Shown one piece after another: positions 1 through 9,148 of a DNA stretch of 58,397 nucleotides; positions within the stretch are counted from its first letter, which is position 1; each line of letters starts with the position of its first letter. The stretch comes from Betaproteobacteria bacterium RIFCSPLOWO2_02_FULL_67_26 (GTDB lineage Bacteria > Pseudomonadota > Gammaproteobacteria > Burkholderiales > SG8-41), in assembly GCA_001771935.1 (NCBI GenBank), contig MERD01000040.1:48058-106454 (forward strand). The letters run 5' to 3'. The position numbers and the translations under genes were made by a program. The notes under the pieces are model-generated. The model was not told the DNA's origin. It saw only the letters and a program-made list of their open reading frames with translations, and did not search any database.

Positions 1-219
1 TACACCGGCAACGTGCACGACTCCGAAGGCGGCACGACCTGCTGCCCCGGCTGCAAGTCGCCGCTCATCGTGCGCGACTGGTACCGCATCGACGACTACC
101 GCGTCACGCCGGAAGGGAAATGCCCCGACTGCCACGCCACGATCGCGGGGCGCTATGAAGTCTTCGAGCGCGCCTTCGGCCCGAAGCGCATCCCCATCGC
201 GATCCATCGCCCAGCGTGA
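1..219 (+). CDS. amrS: 3' end of AmmeMemoRadiSam-system radical SAM enzyme (partial)
   Basis: Frame from base 1 reads YTGNVHDSEGGTTCCPGC...LIVRDWY...GKCPDC...IAGR, the typical C-terminal Zn-ribbon of this family. Confidence 0.8.
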   Translation, partial: YTGNVHDSEGGTTCCPGCKSPLIVRDWYRIDDYRVTPEGKCPDCHATIAGRYEVFERAFGPKRIPIAIHRPA

Positions 220-399
220 AAAGCAAAACTGAACCGCCGAGCCGCCGAGAGAATCGAAATAAAGCCTAATCGAACCGCCAAGATCGCCAAGCACGCCGAG
301 AAAATCGATCGAAAATATAAAAGCAAAAAGCTACGAGCAAGTCGGTTGATGACGAGACCTGCCCGCTGCGGGCCGTTCCCGGTAGTAGAATCCATCGCC

Positions 400-1050
400 A
401 TGGACCCGTTCATGCGGCGCACCGCTCGTAGCTGGTGCGCCATCGCCGCGCTCGTCGCCGCGCCGGCTTGCGCGGACATCTACGGTTACGTGGACGAGCG
501 GGGCGTGTCGCACCTGAGCAATACGCCGCTCGATCACCGCTATTACCTGTTCAAGAAAGAGCGCACGGCAACGGTGCTGCCGGGCTCGAACGCGGTGATC
601 ACCAGCGTGCCCGCGCCGCGGCGTACGACCCACGTCAATCCGGCGAGCCGCAGGCAGTTCGCGCCGCTGGTTTCATCGGTCGCCAGGGAATACCGGCTCG
701 AGCCGGCGCTGCTGCACGCGGTGGTCACGGTGGAATCGGGCTACAACCCCGGCGCGCGCTCGCCCAAGGGCGCGGCCGGGTTGATGCAGCTCATGCCGGA
801 TACGGCGAGGCGCTACGCGGTGCGCGACATCTGGGATCCGCGCCAGAACCTCGACGGCGGCGCGCGTTACCTGCGGGACCTGATCGGGCTGTTCGACGGC
901 AACCTGTCGCTCGCGCTCGCCGCCTACAACGCGGGCGAGGCCGCGGTTATCCAGCACGGCAACCGCATCCCGCCCTACCCGGAAACCCGCGGCTACGTGC
1001 CGCGCGTGCTGCAGCAATATCACTTCTACTCGAGCGTCGGCAGGTGGTAG
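400..1050 (+). CDS. Lytic transglycosylase (SLT domain) with signal peptide and DUF4124-like N-terminus
   Basis: VESGYNP.ARSPKGAAGLMQLMP and ALAAYNAGE motifs; start codon uncertain (400 or 412). Confidence 0.9.
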   Translation: MDPFMRRTARSWCAIAALVAAPACADIYGYVDERGVSHLSNTPLDHRYYLFKKERTATVLPGSNAVITSVPAPRRTTHVNPASRRQFAPLVSSVAREYRLEPALLHAVVTVESGYNPGARSPKGAAGLMQLMPDTARRYAVRDIWDPRQNLDGGARYLRDLIGLFDGNLSLALAAYNAGEAAVIQHGNRIPPYPETRGYVPRVLQQYHFYSSVGRW

Positions 1051-1062
1051 GCGCGCGGCCGG

Positions 1063-1908
1063 TCACGGCACGCGGGTAGCGCTCCAGCGCGCGATCACCA
1101 TCTCGCCTTCCCGCACCTCGCCCAGGATCTGGTCCCGGTCCACGGTGCCGGTGAACATCTCGCGGCGGCCGTTCCCGGCCGGAACGGAGAAGCTCAAGCG
1201 GGCGCCCTCCAGGTGGCCATCCTTCAGCTCGACCGTGCGGTCGCCGCTCGAGAACCTGCCCTTGAAGTGCTGGAAGCCCTGCCGGATGTCGAGCCGGCCG
1301 CCGCCCTTCTCCCCCACGCGCGTGATGCGCCAGGCGCCCTGCACCGTGGCCGGCACGATCCACAGGTGGACGTCCGAGGTCCAGATCCCGGTGATCTCGT
1401 ACTTTTCCTCGGTCTCCACCGTCACCGTCCGGTCCGGCTTCCACAGGTCGAAGGTGAAATCGTGCGATACGATCCGCGTGCCGGGCTTCAAGTCGGCGAG
1501 GAGTTTCGGCCGCAGGCTCTGCATCATGCCCGGCAGGAGATAGAGCGTGAGCACCGTCGTGCGGCTCAGGTCGGCGGCAAACACATCCTGCTGGACAAAC
1601 CGCACGCGGTCCGCGATCCCGAGCTTCCGGGCCGAGGCGTTGGCCAGGTCCACCAGATCCGGATCGATGTCCACCCCCATGCCGCTCGCCTTGTGCTTCG
1701 TCGCCGCCGTGAGCACGATGCGGCCGTCGCCCGAGCCGAGGTCGACGACGAAATCCTCCGGGCCGACGCTCGCGACCTCCAGCATCGCGTCCACCACGGA
1801 CTGCGGCGTCGGCACGTACGGCCCGCCGGTGCGGTCCACGTCCGCCGCCAGCGCGATCTGCGCGCAGAGCGCCATCGCGCCCGCCACCGTTCCGATCGGG
1901 AATTTCAC
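1063..1908 (-). CDS. Exported class I SAM-dependent methyltransferase
   Basis: PYVPTP, VDLGSGDGRI, LTLYLLP, GTRIVSHDF motifs; N-terminal signal-like segment. Confidence 0.85.
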   Translation of the reverse strand: MKFPIGTVAGAMALCAQIALAADVDRTGGPYVPTPQSVVDAMLEVASVGPEDFVVDLGSGDGRIVLTAATKHKASGMGVDIDPDLVDLANASARKLGIADRVRFVQQDVFAADLSRTTVLTLYLLPGMMQSLRPKLLADLKPGTRIVSHDFTFDLWKPDRTVTVETEEKYEITGIWTSDVHLWIVPATVQGAWRITRVGEKGGGRLDIRQGFQHFKGRFSSGDRTVELKDGHLEGARLSFSVPAGNGRREMFTGTVDRDQILGEVREGEMVIARWSATRVP

Positions 1909-1950
1909 CAGGCGAATGCTACCGTAAAAAACAACATGGGGGTCGGAGTA

Positions 1951-2280
1951 TCAACGCCCCTCATACGTCGAATCGTGGTCGACCGGCAGCGTCAGAAATC
2001 GCATGAAATCTCCCTTGCGGGTTACGACCGCCCGGCGGGACTGCGACACGCGAATCGAATAGGCGTTTTCACCGGCCTCCAATTTCACCGGCGGGGATTC
2101 GATCTTCTCCCACTTCAGTCCGGGATTCTGGTACACCTGCGACCAGGTCATTCCAAAAAGCTTCCTCAGCGTCTCGATAACACGATTGCGTTCGGCTTTA
2201 TCGAGCTTGAACAGCTTTTCTTGAAACTCTGGATTGTTGAGGTCCAGCCTTACCCTGCGATCGTCTGGTGCTTGGCTCAT
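1951..2280 (-). CDS. Putative RelE/ParE-like type II toxin
   Basis: 109 aa; GLKWEKI...YSIRVSQSRRAV...DHDSTY pattern; directly downstream of and overlapping an AbrB-like gene. Confidence 0.6.
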   Translation of the reverse strand: MSQAPDDRRVRLDLNNPEFQEKLFKLDKAERNRVIETLRKLFGMTWSQVYQNPGLKWEKIESPPVKLEAGENAYSIRVSQSRRAVVTRKGDFMRFLTLPVDHDSTYEGR

Positions 2281-2533
2281 CGTCTAGTTCTTTCTGAAGC
2301 CTGGCCAGATTCGTCTCGGCGGGCGGATTGCGCCGGTCCCAGTCCAGCGCCCTTTCGAGCGACTCAGCCATGTCCGGAGTGTGCAGCCATTTCTCGTTGT
2401 CCGGGATGACCGTAGCCGTCCGGACCCGCCATTCTCCGGGTCCGACCTGCTCGATAAGGACTTGACGCCCCGCATGTTCCTTGCCGAATGAAACCTGCCC
2501 ACTTTTACCAATGACTTTTACTAGATTTTTCAT
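2198..2533 (-). CDS. Putative AbrB/MazE-like antitoxin
   Basis: VKVIGKSGQVSFGK swapped-hairpin-like start; VIPDNEKWLHTP motif; paired with a toxin-like gene. Confidence 0.6.
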   Translation of the reverse strand: MKNLVKVIGKSGQVSFGKEHAGRQVLIEQVGPGEWRVRTATVIPDNEKWLHTPDMAESLERALDWDRRNPPAETNLARLQKELDDEPSTRRSQGKAGPQQSRVSRKAVQAR

Positions 2534-2686
2534 ACGCTTGTCAGTTGTCTAGAAATACAGAACCGTCCTGCATCGTCCAGCATTAATGCATGACGGCATG
2601 AATGTAGGATAGCACGAAACTGAACAAGTTCCCACCGAGCCTCGGGCTAATAGACGCGCGGAAGGCCGGCGGATTCAGCTGCACAA

Positions 2687-2863
2687 CTACCTGCGGGGGA
2701 CAGCAGACGTTTTACTTGATGGAATTGGTACTCCGGCCCCTCGCGGATTGTTCAAAAACAGCTCCCGGTCCGAGTCGTGCATGAAGATCGAGGCGCGCGC
2801 ATTGCCACGCGAGGTCACGTGGTAGACCGCACCAGGAAATTCAATCCGCAATGGACGCGTCAT
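2687..2863 (-). pseudogene. Truncated REP-associated (RAYT)/IS200-like Y1 transposase N-terminus
   Basis: Manual translation MTRPLRIEFPGAVYHVTSRGNARASIFMHDSDRELFL; similarity is lost after ~37 aa and a TAG follows at 2687-2689; not in ORF track (58 aa). Confidence 0.8.
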
Positions 2864-3079
2864 AGCCCGTTTTCTCTCAGACCAAAAACTGATATTTCAA
2901 GGCCCTTTATTTCCCGATTTATCCGTTCTTATGACCCCTTTACTGTTCTTAGCGGGCCCTTTTCGACCCTGAAATCGTGCGTCTAAGGCTTTTTATCGAG
3001 GCTTTTTCGCCGTCTACTGCTTATCGATCAAATCGTTGCGTTGGTCCGACCCTGTTCCTGTTCTCTGGCTCGTCAGTCG

Positions 3080-4597
3080 TCACTGCTTCTCGAGGCCGAC
3101 CTGATCGCGCCAGTCCTTGCCCTTGAACACGAGCGGCTTCAGCGCGAACAGGAACAGGACCACTCCCAGCGCGAGCATGGTGGTCGCGATCGGGCGATCG
3201 AGGAAGATGCCGTAGTCGCCGGCGCTCATGGCGAGCGACTGGCGCAGCGAGAGCTCGAGCATCGGCGCGAGCACCAGCCCGAGCGCCACCGGCGCGAGGT
3301 CGTAACCGAGCTTGCGCAGCACGTAGCCGAGGCCCCCCATGACGAGCAGGATCCAGACATCCACCAGGCTGTTGGAAACCGAGTAGGTGCCGAGTATGCA
3401 GAAGCAGAGGATGCACGGGTACAGGTAGGCGTAGGGTATGCGCAGCAGGTTGACGAACAGCCCCACCATGGGGAGGTTCAGGATCAGCAGCACGACGTTG
3501 CCGACGTACATGCTGGCCACGAATCCCCAGAAGAGCTCCGGCTGCTGCTGGATCAGCATCGGCCCCGGCAGGATGCCGTGCACCATGATGGCGGCGATCA
3601 TCACCGCGGTCACCGGGCTCGTCGGGATCCCGAGCGCCATCATCGGCACGAAAGCGCCGGTCGCGGCCGCGTTATTGGCCGATTCCGGCCCGGCCACGCC
3701 CTCGATTGCGCCTTGCCCGAAGCGCTCGGGATGCTTCGACAGGCGCCGCTCGATGCCGTACGACACGAACGACGAGATGATGTGCGCCGAGCCGGGGATG
3801 ATGCCGATCATGAAGCCGAGCAGGCTGCCGCGCGCGATCGGGCCCGCCGACAACCGGAACTCCTCGCGCGACGGGATCAGCTCGCGCAGCTTCGGCCTCT
3901 GCACCGGGAGCGCCGCCGTCGCGCCGGCGGCGAGCAGGATCTCCGACACGCCGAACAGGCCCACCGCGACCGGCACGATACCGACGCCGTCGCCGAGCTC
4001 GACGATGCCGAGGCTGAAGCGGGTGTAACCGCTCATGACGTCGATCCCGATCATGCCCAGCATCAGGCCGAGCGCCGCCATCGCCAGGGTCTTCAGCATC
4101 GAGCCGCCGCTCATGTAGGCGAGGATGAACAATCCCATCAGCAGCAGCGCCGTGTACTCGGGGGGGCCGAAGCGCAGCGCGAACTCCGCGAGCGTCGGCG
4201 CCAGCAGCATCAGCCCGATCACGCCCAGCGTGCCGGCGACGAAGGAGCCGATCGCGGCGATGGCGAGCGCCGGCCCCGCGCGCCCGCGCTGCGTCATCGC
4301 GTAGCCGTCCACGCACGTCATCACCGACGCGGCTTCCCCGGGTATGCGGAGCAGGATCGAGGTGGTGGACCCGCCGTACATCGCGCCGTAATAGACGCCC
4401 GCGAGCAGCACGATGGCGATGATGGGATTGAGCCCGAAGGTCGCCGGCAGCAGCAGGCTGATGCCCGCGAGCGGGCCCAACCCCGGCATCATGCCGACCA
4501 GCGTGCCGATCAGACAGCCGACGAACGCGTAGACCAGGATCGAGGGCTGCAGCGCCACGGAAAAGCCCAGCAGCAAATTCTGAAACGTCTCTGCCAT
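3080..4597 (-). CDS. tctA: Tripartite tricarboxylate transporter large permease
   Basis: GTLVGMMPGLG, YYGAMYGGSTTSIL, GPESANNA motifs; start reassigned to MAETFQ. Confidence 0.92.
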   Translation of the reverse strand: MAETFQNLLLGFSVALQPSILVYAFVGCLIGTLVGMMPGLGPLAGISLLLPATFGLNPIIAIVLLAGVYYGAMYGGSTTSILLRIPGEAASVMTCVDGYAMTQRGRAGPALAIAAIGSFVAGTLGVIGLMLLAPTLAEFALRFGPPEYTALLLMGLFILAYMSGGSMLKTLAMAALGLMLGMIGIDVMSGYTRFSLGIVELGDGVGIVPVAVGLFGVSEILLAAGATAALPVQRPKLRELIPSREEFRLSAGPIARGSLLGFMIGIIPGSAHIISSFVSYGIERRLSKHPERFGQGAIEGVAGPESANNAAATGAFVPMMALGIPTSPVTAVMIAAIMVHGILPGPMLIQQQPELFWGFVASMYVGNVVLLILNLPMVGLFVNLLRIPYAYLYPCILCFCILGTYSVSNSLVDVWILLVMGGLGYVLRKLGYDLAPVALGLVLAPMLELSLRQSLAMSAGDYGIFLDRPIATTMLALGVVLFLFALKPLVFKGKDWRDQVGLEKQ

Positions 4598-4604
4598 GGG
4601 GCGC

Positions 4605-5081
4605 TTAGAAGCCCCACGGACTGCGCGGCAGCGGCACGTGCAGCAGGTCGCCGATGACATAGAAGGAGGCGAAGCTGAAGCCGACCGAAACCAGCGCCAC
4701 CGGCAGCGGCCGCTTGCGCTCGAGCGCCCCCAGGAAAAAGATCAACAGCGCGATCATCGTGATCCTGTAGCCGATGCGCTCCAGAGCGAACGTGGCCACT
4801 GCGCAGGCGACGAGGATCACCACCGCGCGCGTCGCCTCGGTCCATTTCATCGAGGCCAGTGGCGCGGACTTTATCCCCCACAGCGCGATCAGTAATCCCA
4901 TCGCGCCGAGAAAGATCACCAGCAGCAGCGGCATGTAGCCGGGCCCGGGCTCCTGCAGCGAGCCGAGCGGGTAGGCGCGGTTCTCCCAGCCGACGTAGAG
5001 CGCCAGCGCGAGCAGCATCAACCCGGAAAACTGGTCGCTGCGCAATCCGCCGCGCGTTTGCCCCCGGTCAGTCTCGTTCAT
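4605..5081 (-). CDS. tctB: Tripartite tricarboxylate transporter small permease
   Basis: PGPGYMP motif, four hydrophobic segments, C-terminal LHVPLPRSPWGF; between tctC and tctA. Confidence 0.88.
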   Translation of the reverse strand: MNETDRGQTRGGLRSDQFSGLMLLALALYVGWENRAYPLGSLQEPGPGYMPLLLVIFLGAMGLLIALWGIKSAPLASMKWTEATRAVVILVACAVATFALERIGYRITMIALLIFFLGALERKRPLPVALVSVGFSFASFYVIGDLLHVPLPRSPWGF

Positions 5082-5121
5082 CTCCCATCCAGGAACGTGG
5101 GTTGTGGGTCGACCCACGGTT

Positions 5122-6096
5122 CTACTTCTTGGCCTCGACCTTGCCGACGATCCGGACCAGCCCGGCCAGACGCTTGGCGTCAGCCATCCAGTACTGCTGG
5201 AACTCCGGAGCATCCTTGTACTGCACCAGCGAGTCGACGGCGGCCATCGCCTTCCTGAAGTCCGGGTCCGCGACCGTCTTGCGCGCCGTATCGCGCAGCA
5301 CCTTCATCACGGCGTCCGGCGTGGCCTTCGGGGCGAACATGCCGGCCCAGATGTAGTATTCGACGTTCTTGTAGCCCATCTCCATGAAGGTGGGCACGTT
5401 CGGGTAGGACGCGTGCCGCGTGGCGCCCCAGCTCGCGAGCGGGCGCATCTTCCCGGCCTTGACATGGCCGCTGATCGCAGCCGGGCCCCCGGCGGTCAGC
5501 GCAACGTGTCCGCCGAGGATCGCGTTGATCGCGGGGCCGCCGCCGGTGGTCGGCACGTGCCGCATCTTGAGCTTGGTCGCGTGCATGAAGATCTCCATCG
5601 GCATGTGCAGCGCCCCGTAGACCCCCGACGAGGAGTACGAGAGCTCGCCCGGCCGCGCGCGCGCGAGCGCCACCAGGTCCTTCAGCGTCTTGACCGGCAG
5701 CGAGGGATGCGAGACCAGGATGGTCGGGTCGGCGGAGATCAGCGCGATCGGGGCGAACTGGTCGAGCGCGTAGGCGGGCCTGCGATTGAACAGCTCATCC
5801 GCGGCCGGGATCACCGAAATGCTGGAAAGCGCCATCAGGATGGTGTAGCCATCGGGCTTGGCGTTCGCGACCGCCGCATTGCCCACCGCCCCTGCCGCCC
5901 CGGGGCGGTTGGTCACGCTAACCGGCTGCTTGAGGATTTTCTCCATCGCGGCGGCGGTCGGACGGGCGGTGATATCGGCGACCCCACCCGGCGGAAATGC
6001 CACGATCATCGTGATCGGGCGCGCGGGAAACGCGCCCTGGGCGAATGCGCCTGTCGAGGCCAAAAGCACCCCTGCTGCCAGTATCGATCGAATCAT
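5122..6096 (-). CDS. tctC: Tripartite tricarboxylate transporter substrate-binding protein (Bug/TctC)
   Basis: FPARPITMIVAFPPGGVAD, NRPGAAG, PDGYTIL; signal peptide. Confidence 0.92.
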   Translation of the reverse strand: MIRSILAAGVLLASTGAFAQGAFPARPITMIVAFPPGGVADITARPTAAAMEKILKQPVSVTNRPGAAGAVGNAAVANAKPDGYTILMALSSISVIPAADELFNRRPAYALDQFAPIALISADPTILVSHPSLPVKTLKDLVALARARPGELSYSSSGVYGALHMPMEIFMHATKLKMRHVPTTGGGPAINAILGGHVALTAGGPAAISGHVKAGKMRPLASWGATRHASYPNVPTFMEMGYKNVEYYIWAGMFAPKATPDAVMKVLRDTARKTVADPDFRKAMAAVDSLVQYKDAPEFQQYWMADAKRLAGLVRIVGKVEAKK

Positions 6097-6294
6097 GTTG
6101 CCCTCCTCCGAATGTGGGACCCGGCGGGCGTCATCGACATCGGCTCGCGCGCCTGCCCGGGTAAAGGCGCCCCGTGAGTACGTGTTTTCGGAGCGCGGCA
6201 GCGGGGAGTATCCAATCCCCCGCGCGCCGCGTCAACCGTGGGCGCCTGGCGACGCGTGATGCGAGCCCCGTGGATATTCGCTATATTGGCAGCC

Positions 6295-7629
6295 ATGAAC
6301 GAAGCGGCGCTTCACCGGTGGCTGGCGCGCGTCGTCAACGTCAGGCCGGGCGAAGCGCGCGCGCTGTGCTGGTCGTTCGCCTACTTCTTCTGCCTGCTCG
6401 CCGGCTATTACGTCCTGCGGCCGCTGCGCGACGAGATGGGCATCGCCGGCGGCGTCCGCAATCTCCCGTGGCTGTTCACCGCCACTTTTTTCGTGATGCT
6501 CGCGGTGGTGCCGGTGTTCGGCGCCGTCGTGGCGCGGCTGGCGCGCCGCATTTTCATTCCGCTGGTCTACCACTTCTTCGTCGCCAATATCGCGATCTTC
6601 TGGCTGCTGCTGACGCTCGACCTCGGCACGGTCCACGTCGCGCGCGTGTTCTTCGTCTGGATCAGCGTTTTCAACCTGTTTGCCGTTTCCGTGTTCTGGT
6701 CGTTCATGGCCGACCTGTACGCCTCCGAGCAGGGCAAGCGGCTGTTCGGCTTCATCGCCGCCGGCGGCTCCGCGGGCGCGCTGCTGGGCCCGGCGTTGAC
6801 GGTATGGCTCGCGGTCCCGCTGGGCCCCGTCAACCTTCTCGTGGTCGCCGCGCTACTGCTGGAAGTCGCCGTGCTGTGCGCGGCGCGGCTGGAAGCGAGC
6901 GCGGCGCGGCTCAAGCCGGAGAGCCCGGCGCCGGCCGGCGCGGTGAACGCGCCGCCCGATGCGGGTCTGGGCGGCGGCTGGCTCGCCGGCATCGTCATGG
7001 TGCTGCGCTCGCCCTACCTCGCGGGCATCGCGTTGTGGGTGGCGTTGCTGTCGCTCGCCGGCACGTTTCTCTATTTTCAGCAGGCGAACATCGTGGCCGC
7101 CGCTTCGGACGATCCGGCGGTGCGCACGCGGATTTTCGCGACGATCGACCTCGCGATCGGCGTGCTGACCCTCATCGTGCAGTTTGTCGCGACCGGCAGG
7201 CTGATCACGCGCTTTGGCGCCGGCCCGGCGGCGGCGTTTCTCCCGCTCGTGTTCGGCCTCGGCTTTCTCGCGCTCTGGGCGAGTCCCGCGCTGTGGGTGG
7301 TGATCGCGTTCCAGGCCGTCCAGCGCGCCGCCAATTTCGCCCTCTCCAACCCGGCGCGCGAGGTGCTGTTCACGGTTCTCGCCCGCGAGGAGAAGTACAA
7401 GGCCAAGAACGTGATCGACATCGTTGTGTTCCGCGGGGCCGACGCGCTGAGCGGCTGGCTGTTCGCTCTGCTCCGCGGCGCCGGCCTGGAACCGGGCGCG
7501 ATCTCGCTCGCCACGGTGCCCGTCACCGCCGCCTGGCTCGCGCTGGCGCTGGTGCTCGGGCGCGCGCACGAACGCCGCACCCGCGACTCCGCGGCACCCG
7601 CCGCTACCCCCACCACGCAAGGAGCCTGA
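6295..7629 (+). CDS. MFS-type transporter (NTT/ADP-ATP carrier-like)
   Basis: YYVLRPLRDEMG, FWSFMADL, KYKAKNVID..VFRGAD motifs; about 12 hydrophobic segments. Confidence 0.8.
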   Translation: MNEAALHRWLARVVNVRPGEARALCWSFAYFFCLLAGYYVLRPLRDEMGIAGGVRNLPWLFTATFFVMLAVVPVFGAVVARLARRIFIPLVYHFFVANIAIFWLLLTLDLGTVHVARVFFVWISVFNLFAVSVFWSFMADLYASEQGKRLFGFIAAGGSAGALLGPALTVWLAVPLGPVNLLVVAALLLEVAVLCAARLEASAARLKPESPAPAGAVNAPPDAGLGGGWLAGIVMVLRSPYLAGIALWVALLSLAGTFLYFQQANIVAAASDDPAVRTRIFATIDLAIGVLTLIVQFVATGRLITRFGAGPAAAFLPLVFGLGFLALWASPALWVVIAFQAVQRAANFALSNPAREVLFTVLAREEKYKAKNVIDIVVFRGADALSGWLFALLRGAGLEPGAISLATVPVTAAWLALALVLGRAHERRTRDSAAPAATPTTQGA

Positions 7630-7630
7630 C

Positions 7631-8602
7631 GTGACCTGCTACGATGAGTCTGATCCCCGTCTCTACTCGCGCCGCGAGGTGCTGGCGCTCGGCGCCGCGC
7701 TCGGTGCCGCCGCGCTTGGAATCGGTCCCGCCCGGGCGGCGGCCGCGAAACCGGTGCTGGCGCGGAAGATTCCGCGCACCGGCGAGCCGCTGCCGGTGAT
7801 CGGCCTCGGCACGGCAATCATCTTCGACATCGGCGGCGACACGGCGCAGCGCGCCGAGCGCAGCCAGGTCATCCGGATCCTGCTCGAAGGCGGCGCCCGG
7901 CTGATCGACACCGCGCCCTCCTACGGCACCGCGGAGTCCGTGCTCGGGGACCTGATGGCGGAGATGAAGGTGCGCGACAGGATATTTCTCGCCACCAAGT
8001 TCCGCGCGCGCGGGCGCGACGGCGCCATCGCGGAGATGAAGGAATCGCTGCGCCGCCTGCGCACCGGCAAGGTCGATCTGATGCTGAGGCACAACATCGG
8101 CTTCGTGGAGCGCGGCGCGGCGACGGAGCACCTTGCGCTCGCCCGCGAATGGAAGGCGGCCGGCATCTGCCGCTACTTCGGCGTCACGCACTCCCAGAAC
8201 CAGGCGAAGGCCAACGACCGCCTGATCGAGATCCTGCGGCAGGAGAAGCTGGACTTCATCCAGGTCAACTACTCGCTGGCCGAGCGCAGCGCCGAGCACA
8301 AGCTGCTCGCCGTGGCCGCGGAGACCGGCACGGCGGTGATGGTCAACCTGCCGTTCGCGCGCGCGCGGCTGTTCCGGGCCGTGAAGGGCCGGCAAGTGCC
8401 CGAATGGGCGAAGGAATTCGACGCGCCGACCTGGGGCCAGTTCTTCCTCAAGTACATCCTGGCGAGCGACGCGGTGAACGTCGTCCTGCCCGGCACGGAC
8501 AAGCCCGAATACATGCTGGACAACCTCGACGCCGGCCGCGGCCGGCTGCCCAACGCCGCGCAACGCGAACGGATGGTGGAGTTTATCGAGCCGCTGCTTT
8601 AA
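7631..8602 (+). CDS. Aldo/keto reductase with Tat-like signal
   Basis: SRREVL twin-arginine leader; IGLGT, IDTAPSYG, FLATK, QVNYSL. Confidence 0.88.
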   Translation: MTCYDESDPRLYSRREVLALGAALGAAALGIGPARAAAAKPVLARKIPRTGEPLPVIGLGTAIIFDIGGDTAQRAERSQVIRILLEGGARLIDTAPSYGTAESVLGDLMAEMKVRDRIFLATKFRARGRDGAIAEMKESLRRLRTGKVDLMLRHNIGFVERGAATEHLALAREWKAAGICRYFGVTHSQNQAKANDRLIEILRQEKLDFIQVNYSLAERSAEHKLLAVAAETGTAVMVNLPFARARLFRAVKGRQVPEWAKEFDAPTWGQFFLKYILASDAVNVVLPGTDKPEYMLDNLDAGRGRLPNAAQRERMVEFIEPLL

Positions 8603-8621
8603 TGCAGTGATGCAGTGACGA

Positions 8622-9137
8622 TCACGGGGACGCGGTGAGCATCCGCAAGGCCCGCTCCGCCGCCTCGTCCGCGATCCGGTCGAGCTCCTCCGCCGTGCGG
8701 TTCTGGATCGGGTGCGGCACGTAGAGGACCGCCGGCTCGAAGCCGAGCGCTTTCGATTGCGTCTCCACCGCGTCGGTGAAGCCGGTGGTGACGACCGAAA
8801 CGCCGGGGATGCCGCGGCTGTCGAAGTTCATGAGGTCGTGCAGACTGCACGACGTGCACGACCCTCAGTCGGACAGCCCGATCAGGACGACGTCCACCTC
8901 CGACGCGATCTTCTGGAGATTTTCGGGCGTCGCGACCTTGGCGTTGGTCGGCTTGCCGACGCGCTTCGTCTTCAATCCCTTTTCGTTGAAGCGCTTCTCG
9001 ACCCGGTCGAGAAACTCGGGGGTGCGCGTCTTGCCGATGTCGAAGAGCCCGATGGTCAGCCCCACGAGCGATTTCGGCGGAGTGCGCCGCGCGCGCTTCA
9101 CGGCGGAAGTCTCTGCAGTCGGATCACGCATCCACAT
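8622..9137 (-). CDS. UGSC-motif (seleno)protein with in-frame UGA at 8865-8867
   Basis: ORFs 8865..9137 and 8622..8831 join in frame through TGA as GLSD-U-GSCTSCSLHDLMN; a stem-loop lies 11 nt downstream of the UGA. Confidence 0.85.
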
Positions 9138-9148
9138 AGTGCCTCCTG

